Positions 54,649-62,921 of a DNA stretch of 64,000 nt are shown piece by piece. The number at the start of each line of letters is the position of its first letter. Positions within the stretch are counted from its first letter, which is position 1. Source of the DNA: Candidatus Onthovivens sp. (GTDB lineage: Bacteria > Bacillota_I > Bacilli_A > RFN20 > CAG-826). The notes beneath the pieces are model-generated. The model made no database searches. It was not told the DNA's origin and saw nothing but the letters and a program-made list of their open reading frames with translations. The translations under genes were made by a program, and so were the position numbers. The stretch is taken from NCBI GenBank assembly GCA_035270825.1, contig DATESL010000015.1:13529-77528 (forward strand). The letters run 5' to 3'.

Positions 54649-55140
54649 ATGAAAAGATTAATTGTAATGTCAGCTTGTCCAGGAAGTGGTAAATCAACTT
54701 GGGCGAGAATATATCAAAAGACTCATCCTGAGACATTTGTTATTTCCAGTGATGAAATTCGCTTTGAATTAACTGGTCAATATCAAGATTTTTCCAAACA
54801 AAAAGAAGTATGGGAATTATTTGAAAAAAGGATTGGCGAGTATGCCTCTAAGGGTGAAGATATTAGTGTGATCTTAGATGCAGTTATTGATTTAGATGTT
54901 TTACGTATTAAATACGCTCAAATTGCTCGTAAATATTATGATAAATTAACTTTAGTTGTTATTAAAAAAGACTATGAAGATATCAAAGTAACTAATAAGG
55001 AAAGACGTGCTGTTAAATGGGTCCCTGAAGATATTTTAGAAAATCTCTATCATAAGTTTGAAATGCCAAAAGAAGATGTTATTAAACTTTATGATGAATA
55101 TATCTATATTGATAAATACTTTGAAGAAAACGTCTATTAA
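54649..55140 (+). CDS. P-loop kinase (AAA_33 / polynucleotide-kinase-like)
   Basis: MSACPGSGKSTWA Walker A followed by VISSDEIR, as in the kinase domains of Pnkp-type enzymes. Confidence 0.6.
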   Translation: MKRLIVMSACPGSGKSTWARIYQKTHPETFVISSDEIRFELTGQYQDFSKQKEVWELFEKRIGEYASKGEDISVILDAVIDLDVLRIKYAQIARKYYDKLTLVVIKKDYEDIKVTNKERRAVKWVPEDILENLYHKFEMPKEDVIKLYDEYIYIDKYFEENVY

Positions 55141-55172
55141 AAAACTCTCTTAATCTTTAAGAGAGTTTTTTT
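55141..55172. terminator. Bidirectional terminator, overlapping the 3' end of the Nfu-like gene
   Basis: AAAA-CTCTCTTAA-TCT-TTAAGAGAG-TTTTTTT. Confidence 0.8.
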
Positions 55173-55434
55173 CTATTTCTTTTTTAATTAAATTCTTTTC
55201 ACTAGCTAATCTAACTGCAATTACTCCAGGAACTTCTTCCATAAGAATAATTTCAATGCCGTTTTCAATATCTTCTCCAGCCATCAAACATCCATCGCAA
55301 GCTCCTTGCATATTAATGTAGACAATTCCGTCTTCAAAGCTATCAAATTCAACGCCGCCTCCATCTCTTTCTAAGAAGGGAGTAATCTTTTTTAAAGTCG
55401 TTTTAATTAGTTCAATTGTTTCGTTATTTTCCAT
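55150..55434 (-). CDS. NifU-like (Nfu C-terminal domain) Fe-S carrier protein
   Basis: LERDGGGVEF and a CxxC (GACDGCLMAG). Confidence 0.85.
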   Translation of the reverse strand: MENNETIELIKTTLKKITPFLERDGGGVEFDSFEDGIVYINMQGACDGCLMAGEDIENGIEIILMEEVPGVIAVRLASEKNLIKKEIEKNSLKD

Positions 55435-55504
55435 ACCTCAATATAATAAATACTTAGCCCATAAATTGCAAACGATATAATAAAAAAGATTGCAATTTAG
55501 CAAT

Positions 55505-55531
55505 AAAAAACCCTTTGATAAGGGATTTTTT
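55505..55531 (-). terminator. Terminator of the tRNA cluster
   Basis: On the minus strand: AAATCCCTT-ATCA-AAGGG followed by T6. Confidence 0.55.
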
Positions 55532-55537
55532 ATGAAT

Positions 55538-55624
55538 TGGTGCCCGGGACCGGAATCGAACCGGTACGTTATCGCTAACACAGGATTTTAAGTCCTGCGC
55601 GTCTACCTATTCCGCCACCTGGGC
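55538..55624 (-). tRNA. tRNA-Leu (anticodon UAA), type II, CCA encoded
   Basis: Hand-folded cloverleaf: anticodon loop CTTAAAA, long variable arm, T-loop GGTTCGATTCC. One A-C mismatch at acceptor pair 5:68. Confidence 0.85.
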
Positions 55625-55636
55625 GTATTTTGTTTT

Positions 55637-55712
55637 TGGTGATCCACTGGAGATTCGAACTCCAGACCCCTTGATTAAAAGTCAAGTGCTCTACCGGCTG
55701 AGCTAGTGGATC
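55637..55712 (-). tRNA. tRNA-Lys (anticodon UUU), CCA encoded
   Basis: Acceptor GATCCAC/GTGGATC, anticodon stem CTTGA/TCAAG with loop CTTTTAA, T-loop TTCGAAT. Confidence 0.9.
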
Positions 55713-55718
55713 ATATTT

Positions 55719-55793
55719 TGGCTGGGGTGGCTGGACTTGAACCAGCGGATGACAGAGTCAAAGTCTGTTGCCTTACCTCTTGGCTACACCCCA
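55719..55793 (-). tRNA. tRNA-Gln (anticodon UUG), CCA encoded
   Basis: Acceptor TGGGGTG/CACCCCA with U1-A72, anticodon stem ACAGA/TCTGT with loop CTTTGAC, T-loop TTCAAGT. Confidence 0.9.
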
Positions 55794-55802
55794 AAGTAAG
55801 AG

Positions 55803-55886
55803 TGGTGGAGGGAGGCAGATTCGAACTGCCGAACCCGAAGGAATTGATTTACAGTCAACCGCGTTTAGCCACTTCGCTACCCCTCC
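55803..55886 (-). tRNA. tRNA-Tyr (anticodon GUA), type II, CCA encoded
   Basis: Acceptor GGAGGGG, anticodon loop CTGTAAA, long variable arm, T-loop TTCGAAT. Confidence 0.9.
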
Positions 55887-55900
55887 ACATACACATTTTT

Positions 55901-55976
55901 TGGTGGATGTTAGAGGGCTCGAACCTCTGACCTCCGCCGTGTAAAGGCGATGCTCTCCCAACTGAGCTAAACATCC
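55901..55976 (-). tRNA. tRNA-Val (anticodon UAC), CCA encoded
   Basis: Acceptor GGATGTT/AACATCC, D-arm GCTCAGTTGGGAGAGC, anticodon loop TTTACAC, T-loop TTCGAGC. Confidence 0.9.
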
Positions 55977-56004
55977 TTCTTACACGAGTTTGACGTGCTA
56001 AAAT

Positions 56005-56033
56005 ATAATATATTATATGGGTCAGATTGTCAA
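56005..56033 (-). promoter_or_regulatory. Promoter of the tRNA cluster
   Basis: On the minus strand: TTGACA (56033-56028), a 17-nt spacer, then TATTAT (56010-56005). About 30 nt upstream of tRNA-Val. Confidence 0.55.
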
Positions 56034-56060
56034 TAAAACTTTGCTTTTTTCAAAAAAAGA

Positions 56061-57356
56061 TTAATAACCTTTTTTTCCTAATAAGTGGAACATATTCTTT
56101 TTATAGACTTCAACTCCTGGTTGATTGAAAGGGTTAACTCCTAATAAATAGGCACTCATGGCACAAGCAATCATGAAGAAATAGAATAAATGTCCAAGAG
56201 TTCTTTCATCCATTTTCTTAACTAAAAGACGGATATTAGGGACGCCAGCATTAGCACTATGAGCAGTTAATGTTCCAATATAGGCTTTATCATTAACATA
56301 ACTTAAGGTTTTACCTGCAATATAGTTTAAACCATCAAGATTTTCTTCATCATAAGGAATGGTAATATCATAGGTTGGTTTGGCAAAATAAAGAACAGTT
56401 TCATATAAAACTTTACTTCCTTCTTGGATAAATTGACCAAGGGAGTGTAAATCAGTAGTAAAAGTACAAGAAGCAGTTAAAACAGCTTTATCTTCTTTTC
56501 CCTCTGATTCATCAAATAATTGTTTCCACCATTCCATTAACATTTTTAAACGTGGTTCATAAGAAATCATCATTTCAACACGATATCCACTTTCATATAA
56601 ATAGTTTCTTTGAATAGCATAACAATAGGCTTCATTATTATTGAGATTTGGATCACTATATTCAGCTTCAGCATCTTTACAGCCTTCAATTAATTCTTTA
56701 ATATCAATTCCTGCACAAGCCATTGGAAATAAACCAACAGGGGTGATAACACTAAATCTGCCGCCAATATCATGAGGTAATTCAAAAGTTGTATATCCTT
56801 CTTTAGTACTTAATTCTCTTAAAGCCCCATTATTTAAATCAGTAATTGAAACAATAGCCTTACGAGCACCATCTTTTCCAACACTATCTTCTAATAATTG
56901 TTTTAATATTCTAAAAGAAACAGCAGTTTCAGTTGTGGTTCCACTTTTAGAGATAACACAAACGGCAAATTTCTTTGATTTTAAGTATTCAATTGTTTCA
57001 TATGTATAATTAGCATCAAGAGTATTTCCTAAATATAAGATTTCCATTTTTTGATTTAATGGATATTTACCTTTAATAGCTTCAATTGCTGCACGAGCAC
57101 CTAAATAACTTCCTCCAATCCCACAAACTACTAAAACTTCATAGTTTTCTTGGATTTCTTTTGCTTTAACAATGATTGAATCTAAAAGTTCTTCCTTTAA
57201 GGAATTTGGGTAATTTAACCAGCCAAGAAAATCATGACCTTCACCAGTACGATCATTGATCATCTTATGGATTTCATTTACTCTTTCTTGGTATTCAACA
57301 AATTTGGCATGCGAGTCATTTTTGACAAAGTCGAGGTTAACATCAATTTTTTTCAT
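56061..57356 (-). CDS. pgi: Glucose-6-phosphate isomerase
   Basis: Firmicute-type short PGI with ISKSGTTTET and a catalytic region containing DESEGKE. Confidence 0.9.
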   Translation of the reverse strand: MKKIDVNLDFVKNDSHAKFVEYQERVNEIHKMINDRTGEGHDFLGWLNYPNSLKEELLDSIIVKAKEIQENYEVLVVCGIGGSYLGARAAIEAIKGKYPLNQKMEILYLGNTLDANYTYETIEYLKSKKFAVCVISKSGTTTETAVSFRILKQLLEDSVGKDGARKAIVSITDLNNGALRELSTKEGYTTFELPHDIGGRFSVITPVGLFPMACAGIDIKELIEGCKDAEAEYSDPNLNNNEAYCYAIQRNYLYESGYRVEMMISYEPRLKMLMEWWKQLFDESEGKEDKAVLTASCTFTTDLHSLGQFIQEGSKVLYETVLYFAKPTYDITIPYDEENLDGLNYIAGKTLSYVNDKAYIGTLTAHSANAGVPNIRLLVKKMDERTLGHLFYFFMIACAMSAYLLGVNPFNQPGVEVYKKNMFHLLGKKGY

Positions 57357-57732
57357 AAGAGTCCCTTTCTAATTCTGCTGTAATCATTTTTGACAAATTT
57401 TTCTCAATTTTAGAAAAATCAATGTCACTTAAGTAATTTGTAATCCTCTTGGAGGGGATTATCTCTTTATAATCATTTTCTTCTGGAGGCAAGTCTTTAA
57501 TTGAAAGCGTTAAAAACTTGGTTAAGGGATCAATTTCTTTAATAAGCACCTTAACAGTGTCCCCAAGATGAAAATACTTAGTTAAATCATTTATATAATT
57601 TTCAGAAACTTGTGAGATGTGTAATAAACCAATATAGCCACCATCAAAAGAGAGAAAAAGACCATATTTCTTAATAGAGGTAATTATTCCAGTTGAAATT
57701 TGGTTTTCTTGTATCATTGATTTAGAATCCAT
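57343..57732 (-). CDS. S1 RNA-binding domain protein (YugI / general stress protein 13-like)
   Basis: Single S1 domain (GIITSIKKYGLFLSFDGGYIGLLHISQVS ... GDTVKVLIKEID). It neighbours pgi, as yugI does in Bacillus. Confidence 0.7.
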   Translation of the reverse strand: MDSKSMIQENQISTGIITSIKKYGLFLSFDGGYIGLLHISQVSENYINDLTKYFHLGDTVKVLIKEIDPLTKFLTLSIKDLPPEENDYKEIIPSKRITNYLSDIDFSKIEKNLSKMITAELERDSYEKN

Positions 57733-58420
57733 ATTGCTCCTTTAATAAACTACTGACCATAATTAAATCATCAGCAGTGGTAATTTTAATATTGGCTGGA
57801 CTGCCAGATTCATAATAAACTTTTTCCTTCAAGTTTGAAACGAGGAAGGAATCATCGGAGGCATTAAAGAATTTATTTTCTCTAGCCTTAAGATGAGCCT
57901 TATATATTATATCAAATTTAAATCCTTGTGGAGTTTGAATTTTCATAAAATTATCACGTTTTAAATAATGGCCGATAAAGACCTTATTATTTGTGAAAGT
58001 TAATGTATCAAAAACATCAATCGCACAAGTAACTGAGTCATGATATTTTAAAGAGTTAATAACATTAACAAATAATTTAGAGTCAGCTAAAGGACGAGCT
58101 GAATCATGAATAATTATATTTTCAGCAGGTAAGTTTTCTTTTATATAGGAAAGAGCATTAAAAACGCTCTCTTGGCGAGATAAACCGCCTTGGCAATAAA
58201 AGATTTTTTTATGGTAATCAAAGGCTTCAATTTCATTTTTAACATCTAAAAAAGATTCTTTATTAATCACTAAAAGAATATTATCAACATGAGAACAATT
58301 CACTAATCTTTCTAAAGAATATTTATAAACTTCTTTATTATTAATTTTAGTATATTGTTTTAAGGTTTGGTGATTAAATCTTTCGCTGGTACCAGCAAGA
58401 AGAAGGATGGCAGTTGTCAT
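57722..58420 (-). CDS. ispD: IspD-family cytidylyltransferase (2-C-methyl-D-erythritol 4-phosphate or other polyol-phosphate)
   Basis: N-terminal AILLAGTSERF (variant of AAGxGxR), HDSARP, QTPQGF motifs. Confidence 0.7.
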   Translation of the reverse strand: MTTAILLLAGTSERFNHQTLKQYTKINNKEVYKYSLERLVNCSHVDNILLVINKESFLDVKNEIEAFDYHKKIFYCQGGLSRQESVFNALSYIKENLPAENIIIHDSARPLADSKLFVNVINSLKYHDSVTCAIDVFDTLTFTNNKVFIGHYLKRDNFMKIQTPQGFKFDIIYKAHLKARENKFFNASDDSFLVSNLKEKVYYESGSPANIKITTADDLIMVSSLLKEQYGF

Positions 58421-59262
58421 AAGACTTTTTCAATTTCCTCTTGTTTATTTTGAAGTGATTCACGAATAACGATTGAATCAATAATTAATTTAACAATTTT
58501 ATCAATTTGTTTCCCACTACGATAATCAGCCTCACAAATATAGTTAACACGGTTATCTTCATATAAATGAGAAACTAATTCTTGATGACCTTTATCATGA
58601 ACAGCAATCGAATTTCCGCCATTTTCTTTGACAACAATCATTGAAGGAACATCAGTGAAACCATCACCAATATAAATCATATTAGTATATGGGATTCTCT
58701 TTTTGAGAGATTTTTCATTAATTTCTTTATCATCATTAGTATCAATGACTCCCTTATTAATTCTAAAAATATATTGAGTTTTTAAAGTATAATTAACAAT
58801 TGTTTTTGGCCAATAAGCTTCTTTGGTCTTATCATCATAAAGGAATTCACAACCAAAGACTTTTTTAAACTCTTTAATAATTGAAGATCCTTCTAAAATC
58901 TCAGTGTTTCCGCTAGTAATTAAATAATGTTCAATAATAATGCCTTTTTCTTCACCATATTTATTAATACGGTCAAACCAAGTTAAAACTCCATCAAAGA
59001 ATTTCATTTCTTTACCACAGCTTTGTAGGTATTCACGAGTTAAGGAGATGCCTTTTTTCTTTGCCATGACAATCATCGTGTACATGTATCCTAAAATCTT
59101 ATCCATGTCATTTCCTTTACAGAATTTCTCAGTCTCAGCCCAGAATTCAGCAGGGGTAAAACCTAAACTTGGAATAAATTTAAAGTTTTGCATATCAGTA
59201 ATTGCTAAAGTACGATCAAAGTCATACATTAAAGCAACTATTGGTTTTTCTCTTCTCTTCAT
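58417..59262 (-). CDS. HAD-superfamily hydrolase
   Basis: Motif I YDFDRTL, motif II ITSG, motif IV IGDGFTDVP. ATGA overlap with the ispD-like gene. Confidence 0.7.
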   Translation of the reverse strand: MKRREKPIVALMYDFDRTLAITDMQNFKFIPSLGFTPAEFWAETEKFCKGNDMDKILGYMYTMIVMAKKKGISLTREYLQSCGKEMKFFDGVLTWFDRINKYGEEKGIIIEHYLITSGNTEILEGSSIIKEFKKVFGCEFLYDDKTKEAYWPKTIVNYTLKTQYIFRINKGVIDTNDDKEINEKSLKKRIPYTNMIYIGDGFTDVPSMIVVKENGGNSIAVHDKGHQELVSHLYEDNRVNYICEADYRSGKQIDKIVKLIIDSIVIRESLQNKQEEIEKVL

Positions 59263-59399
59263 ATTAATATCTCCTTTTACTTAATCATTTTCCACTCATT
59301 AGTAAAAATATAGTATATATACTATATAACAATTAACTTATCGTTGCAATTTTCTTTTAAAACTTGAAAAAAAACCATTTTTAGTATATAAATAGTTGT

Positions 59400-59951
59400 A
59401 TGCATTTAGTAAACGAAACAGACGGAATTACATTTGATTTAATCTTTTATATTGTAATTGCAGTTATTATTATAATTTATATTGGTTATATTGTTTTTTC
59501 ATTTTCCTTTATGAGCATTTTTAAGAAAAAAATTGTTACTGGGCAACGCGCTATTAATGTTCTAATTTTTCAAAAAGCAGACTGTTTGTTTGCTGTTTTA
59601 AAATATTTTGAAGATATTTATAAGGATAATGAAGTTATTAAAAAGTTTTTGAATAATGATACCTTAAAAGTTTATAACACCCTTAAACCAAGCGATTTTC
59701 ATGATTTAAATATTTATTTAGAACTTGTTTATAAAGAGATTAAAAAAATCTATGCCACTAATTTAATAGTTCGCGATCTAGAAAATATTAAATCAAAGTT
59801 TTCTCTAATCGATGATATTAATAATCGTTATTTTGTGAATACTCAAATTTATAATGGTAATGTTTTAGCCTATACTTATTGGCGCAACTTACTAATGACC
59901 AAATACATTAAGAATATATTTAAAGTTGAAAATATTGAATCAATCAAATAA
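59400..59951 (+). CDS. Membrane-anchored protein, distantly LemA-like
   Basis: One N-terminal TM helix. The C-terminal NRYFVNTQIYNGNVLAYTYW weakly resembles the LemA ARxxYNxxVxxYN motif. Confidence 0.4.
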   Translation: MHLVNETDGITFDLIFYIVIAVIIIIYIGYIVFSFSFMSIFKKKIVTGQRAINVLIFQKADCLFAVLKYFEDIYKDNEVIKKFLNNDTLKVYNTLKPSDFHDLNIYLELVYKEIKKIYATNLIVRDLENIKSKFSLIDDINNRYFVNTQIYNGNVLAYTYWRNLLMTKYIKNIFKVENIESIK

Positions 59952-59961
59952 GGAGAAAAAT

Positions 59962-61656
59962 ATGATATTTGAACAAATGCCTTTACGAATCCCACGTGTT
60001 AACTCAATTCGCACTAAGGGTGAAAAAATTACTTTAGAATTAAGAAACGCCAAAACGAAAGAGGAAGCATTTAAGGCTGTTAAAAAAAGTTTTAAACTAC
60101 AAGATGATATTTCAAGTGATATCACAATTATTCAAGTTCGAAACACCATCGATACAAACGATAAAGTTTATGAAAAAGCTAATGATAAAGTGAATGAAAT
60201 TGCGCCAATTATCAATGAAATTCTTTTACAATTTCAAAAAGAGATTTTAAATAGTCCTTTTAAAAGTGATATTGAAGAAAAATTTGGTGAATTATTAATT
60301 CGTCAAATGGAAACTGAGATGAAAGTTTTTGATAATAAAATTATTGATAAACTTGTTGAAGAAAATAAATTAGTTACTGAATATGATAAAATTTTAGCCA
60401 GCGCTAAAATCGATTTTAGAGGCGAAACACTGAGTTTAACTCAACTTGCCAAATATATGGTTAATAAAGATGCTCAAACAAGAGAAGATGCTGCTAAATT
60501 ATATTATGGATATTACGAAGAACATAATGAAGAAATTGGTAATATTTATGATAAGTTAGTACATTTAAGAAATGATATGGCAAAAGAACTTGGTTTTAAA
60601 AACTTTGTTGAAATGGGTTATTTAAGACTTGGAAGACTTGATTATAATGCTCAAATGGTTAAGGGATACCGTGATCAAATTCATGAAGTGGTTGTTCCAG
60701 TTGTTAAAAAACTTCGAGTTCGTCAAGCTAAGAGATTAGGAATTAAAAAACCTCTCTTCCTTGATTATAATTTAGATTTTTTAAGCGGCAACGCAACACC
60801 AAAAGGAGATTCAACTTTCCTTGTTGAAAAAGCTCGTAAAATGTACCATGAAATGGGTAAAGAATCAGGAGAATTCTTTGATTTTATGACGGAGAATCAT
60901 CTTCTTGATTTAGATGCTAAACTGGGCAAGGCAGGTGGAGGTTATATGACTTATATTCCTCGTTATAAAAGTCCATTTATTTTCTCTAATAGTAATGGAA
61001 CAAGTGCTGATGTTGATACATTAACTCATGAAGTCGGGCACGCTTTCCAAGGATATTTAGGATCAAAAATTAAAGTCCCATCATATCGTATGCCAACCCT
61101 TGAATCTGCTGAAATTGATTCAATGAGTATGGAATTCTTTGCTTGGGATTGGATGGATGGTTTCTTTGGTGATGATGCTGAAAAATATAAATTCGCTCAC
61201 CTTGATAGTTCAATTTCTTTCTTACCTTATGGCGTTGAAGTTGATGAGTTCCAACATATTGTTTATGAAAATCCAGATTTGACACATGAAGAAAGATGCC
61301 AAAAATGGAAAGAACTTGAAGCTAAATATCGTCCATGGGTTAATTATAAAGGATTTGATTTCTTATTAAATGGTGGATACTGGATGAGACAACATCATAT
61401 CTTCTCTTCCCCATTCTATTATATTGATTATACGCTTGCTCAAATTATTGCTCTTCAATTTAAGTGTGAACTTGATAAGAATCGCGAAAAAGCTTGGAAA
61501 AAATATATTAAGTTATTAAAAATGGGTGGTAAATATACCTTCCTCGAGTTACTTGAAAGAGCAAAACTGAGAAATCCATTCATTGAGGGAAATGTTAAAA
61601 AGGTAATTAAACCACAAATTAAAGTCTTAAATTCTTTTGATGATAAGAACATGTAG
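59962..61656 (+). CDS. pepF: M3B oligoendopeptidase F
   Basis: Start moved to the ATG at 59962 (AAGGAG 6 nt upstream). Zinc motif LTHEVGHAFQ with a downstream Glu ligand (LESAEIDSM). Confidence 0.85.
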   Translation: MIFEQMPLRIPRVNSIRTKGEKITLELRNAKTKEEAFKAVKKSFKLQDDISSDITIIQVRNTIDTNDKVYEKANDKVNEIAPIINEILLQFQKEILNSPFKSDIEEKFGELLIRQMETEMKVFDNKIIDKLVEENKLVTEYDKILASAKIDFRGETLSLTQLAKYMVNKDAQTREDAAKLYYGYYEEHNEEIGNIYDKLVHLRNDMAKELGFKNFVEMGYLRLGRLDYNAQMVKGYRDQIHEVVVPVVKKLRVRQAKRLGIKKPLFLDYNLDFLSGNATPKGDSTFLVEKARKMYHEMGKESGEFFDFMTENHLLDLDAKLGKAGGGYMTYIPRYKSPFIFSNSNGTSADVDTLTHEVGHAFQGYLGSKIKVPSYRMPTLESAEIDSMSMEFFAWDWMDGFFGDDAEKYKFAHLDSSISFLPYGVEVDEFQHIVYENPDLTHEERCQKWKELEAKYRPWVNYKGFDFLLNGGYWMRQHHIFSSPFYYIDYTLAQIIALQFKCELDKNREKAWKKYIKLLKMGGKYTFLELLERAKLRNPFIEGNVKKVIKPQIKVLNSFDDKNM

Positions 61657-61684
61657 TCTTATCTATATTATATAGGAGAAAATT

Positions 61685-62143
61685 ATGAATAAATTTATGG
61701 AGATGGCAATCCAAGAAGCTAAAAAAGGGATTCATGCTGGACATGGAGGACCTTTTGGAGCTGTTATTGTCAAAGATGATGAGGTTATTGGTATTGGTCA
61801 CAACATGGTTGTGGAAAATCATGACCCAACATGTCATGGAGAAATGATGGCTATTCGCGATGCTTGTGCTAAAACTAAATCTTTTGATTTAAGTGGTACA
61901 ACTATTTATACAACCGGCGAACCTTGTCCGATGTGTATGGCAGCTATTCTTTGGGCTAATATTGAAAAAGTCTATTATGGCTGTAATATTCTTGATACTG
62001 AGGAGATTGGTTTCCGCGATGCGAAGTTCTATGAATTAGGTAAAAAAGAGAACCGAGATAAGTTAGTGGTTGAATTAGACCGTGAAGCTTGTTTAAAACT
62101 CTATGAAGAATACAAAAATATTGAAGCAAAAACAAATTATTAA
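61685..62143 (+). CDS. guaD: CDA-fold guanine deaminase (GuaD-like)
   Basis: GGPFGAVIVKDDEVIG, zinc motifs CHGE and PCPMC, and a C-terminal FRD..FYE resembling B. subtilis GuaD from memory. Confidence 0.75.
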   Translation: MNKFMEMAIQEAKKGIHAGHGGPFGAVIVKDDEVIGIGHNMVVENHDPTCHGEMMAIRDACAKTKSFDLSGTTIYTTGEPCPMCMAAILWANIEKVYYGCNILDTEEIGFRDAKFYELGKKENRDKLVVELDREACLKLYEEYKNIEAKTNY

Positions 62144-62151
62144 CATTTTTT

Positions 62152-62176
62152 AAGAGCCCCCAGGGCTCTTTTTTTA
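62152..62176 (+). terminator. Terminator after guaD
   Basis: AAGAGCCC-CCA-GGGCTCTT followed by a T-run. Confidence 0.85.
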
Positions 62177-62215
62177 AGTAGTTGAAAATTTCTTAATTCT
62201 ATCGGTAAATTTTTG

Positions 62216-62243
62216 TTGATTAGTTTAAAAATTGTGCTATAAT
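62216..62243 (+). promoter_or_regulatory. Promoter of the rex-adhE unit
   Basis: TTGATT, a 16-nt spacer, then TGcTATAAT (extended -10). Confidence 0.6.
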
Positions 62244-62277
62244 TTCTATGGTAAAAATTTACCGAATGGAGGAGAGG

Positions 62278-62910
62278 ATGAATAAACCCGTTTCTTTAAA
62301 ACAATTAAGAAGGCTCCCTTTATACCTTAAATTCTTATATGAACTTAAGGCTGAGGGCACTGAACGAGTAGCTTCGCCTGCAATGGCTAAATACTTTAGT
62401 TGTTCAGAAGAACAGATTCGCAAAGACCTCCAAATTGTCTCTGAAGGAGAAGGTAAACCTGGAAGTGGACGAATTGTTTGTGACTTAATTAACTCAATTG
62501 AAGAGTATTTAGGTTATAACGATACGACAACATGCATTATTGTTGGCGTTGGTCACTTAGGTAAAGCATTTCTAAGCTATGATGGCTTTCAAAATCATGG
62601 GTTAAAGATTCTTGCTGGATTTGATACTAATAAAGCTGTTATTGGTAGTGAAATCAATGGTAAAAAGATCTTCGATATTCAAAAACTCGAAAATTTAGTT
62701 TCAAGACTAAATATTCATATCGCAATTATTACTACACCAAATGATGTGGCTCAGGAAATTGCGACCAAATTAGTGGATGCTGGTATTCAAGGAATTTGGA
62801 ATTTTACGACAAAGAAGTTAGTTGTACCAGACAATGTGGCGGTAGAATATGTGAATCTATCATCCTCATTAGCCGTCTTATCACATAAGATTAAAAAAAA
62901 TAATTTATAA
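62278..62910 (+). CDS. rex: Redox-sensing transcriptional repressor Rex
   Basis: Start moved to the ATG at 62278 (GGAGGAGAGG upstream). Winged helix RLPLYLKFLYEL...SSPAMAKYF-like and a Rossmann fold IIVGVGHLGKA. Confidence 0.9.
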   Translation: MNKPVSLKQLRRLPLYLKFLYELKAEGTERVASPAMAKYFSCSEEQIRKDLQIVSEGEGKPGSGRIVCDLINSIEEYLGYNDTTTCIIVGVGHLGKAFLSYDGFQNHGLKILAGFDTNKAVIGSEINGKKIFDIQKLENLVSRLNIHIAIITTPNDVAQEIATKLVDAGIQGIWNFTTKKLVVPDNVAVEYVNLSSSLAVLSHKIKKNNL

Positions 62911-62921
62911 GGAGAAAAATT

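Noticed and set aside
55706-55961. Track ORFs 55706-55930 (+) and 55773-55961 (-)
   Set aside because: Both lie entirely within the five-tRNA cluster. Their open frames are a by-product of GC-rich tRNA sequence.
62213-62230. TTGTTGATTAGTTTAAAA as a clostridial-type Rex box
   Set aside because: It matches the consensus at only 11 of 14 positions and has poor internal symmetry (4 of 7). This is too weak to call a feature, so it is mentioned only as an alternative.
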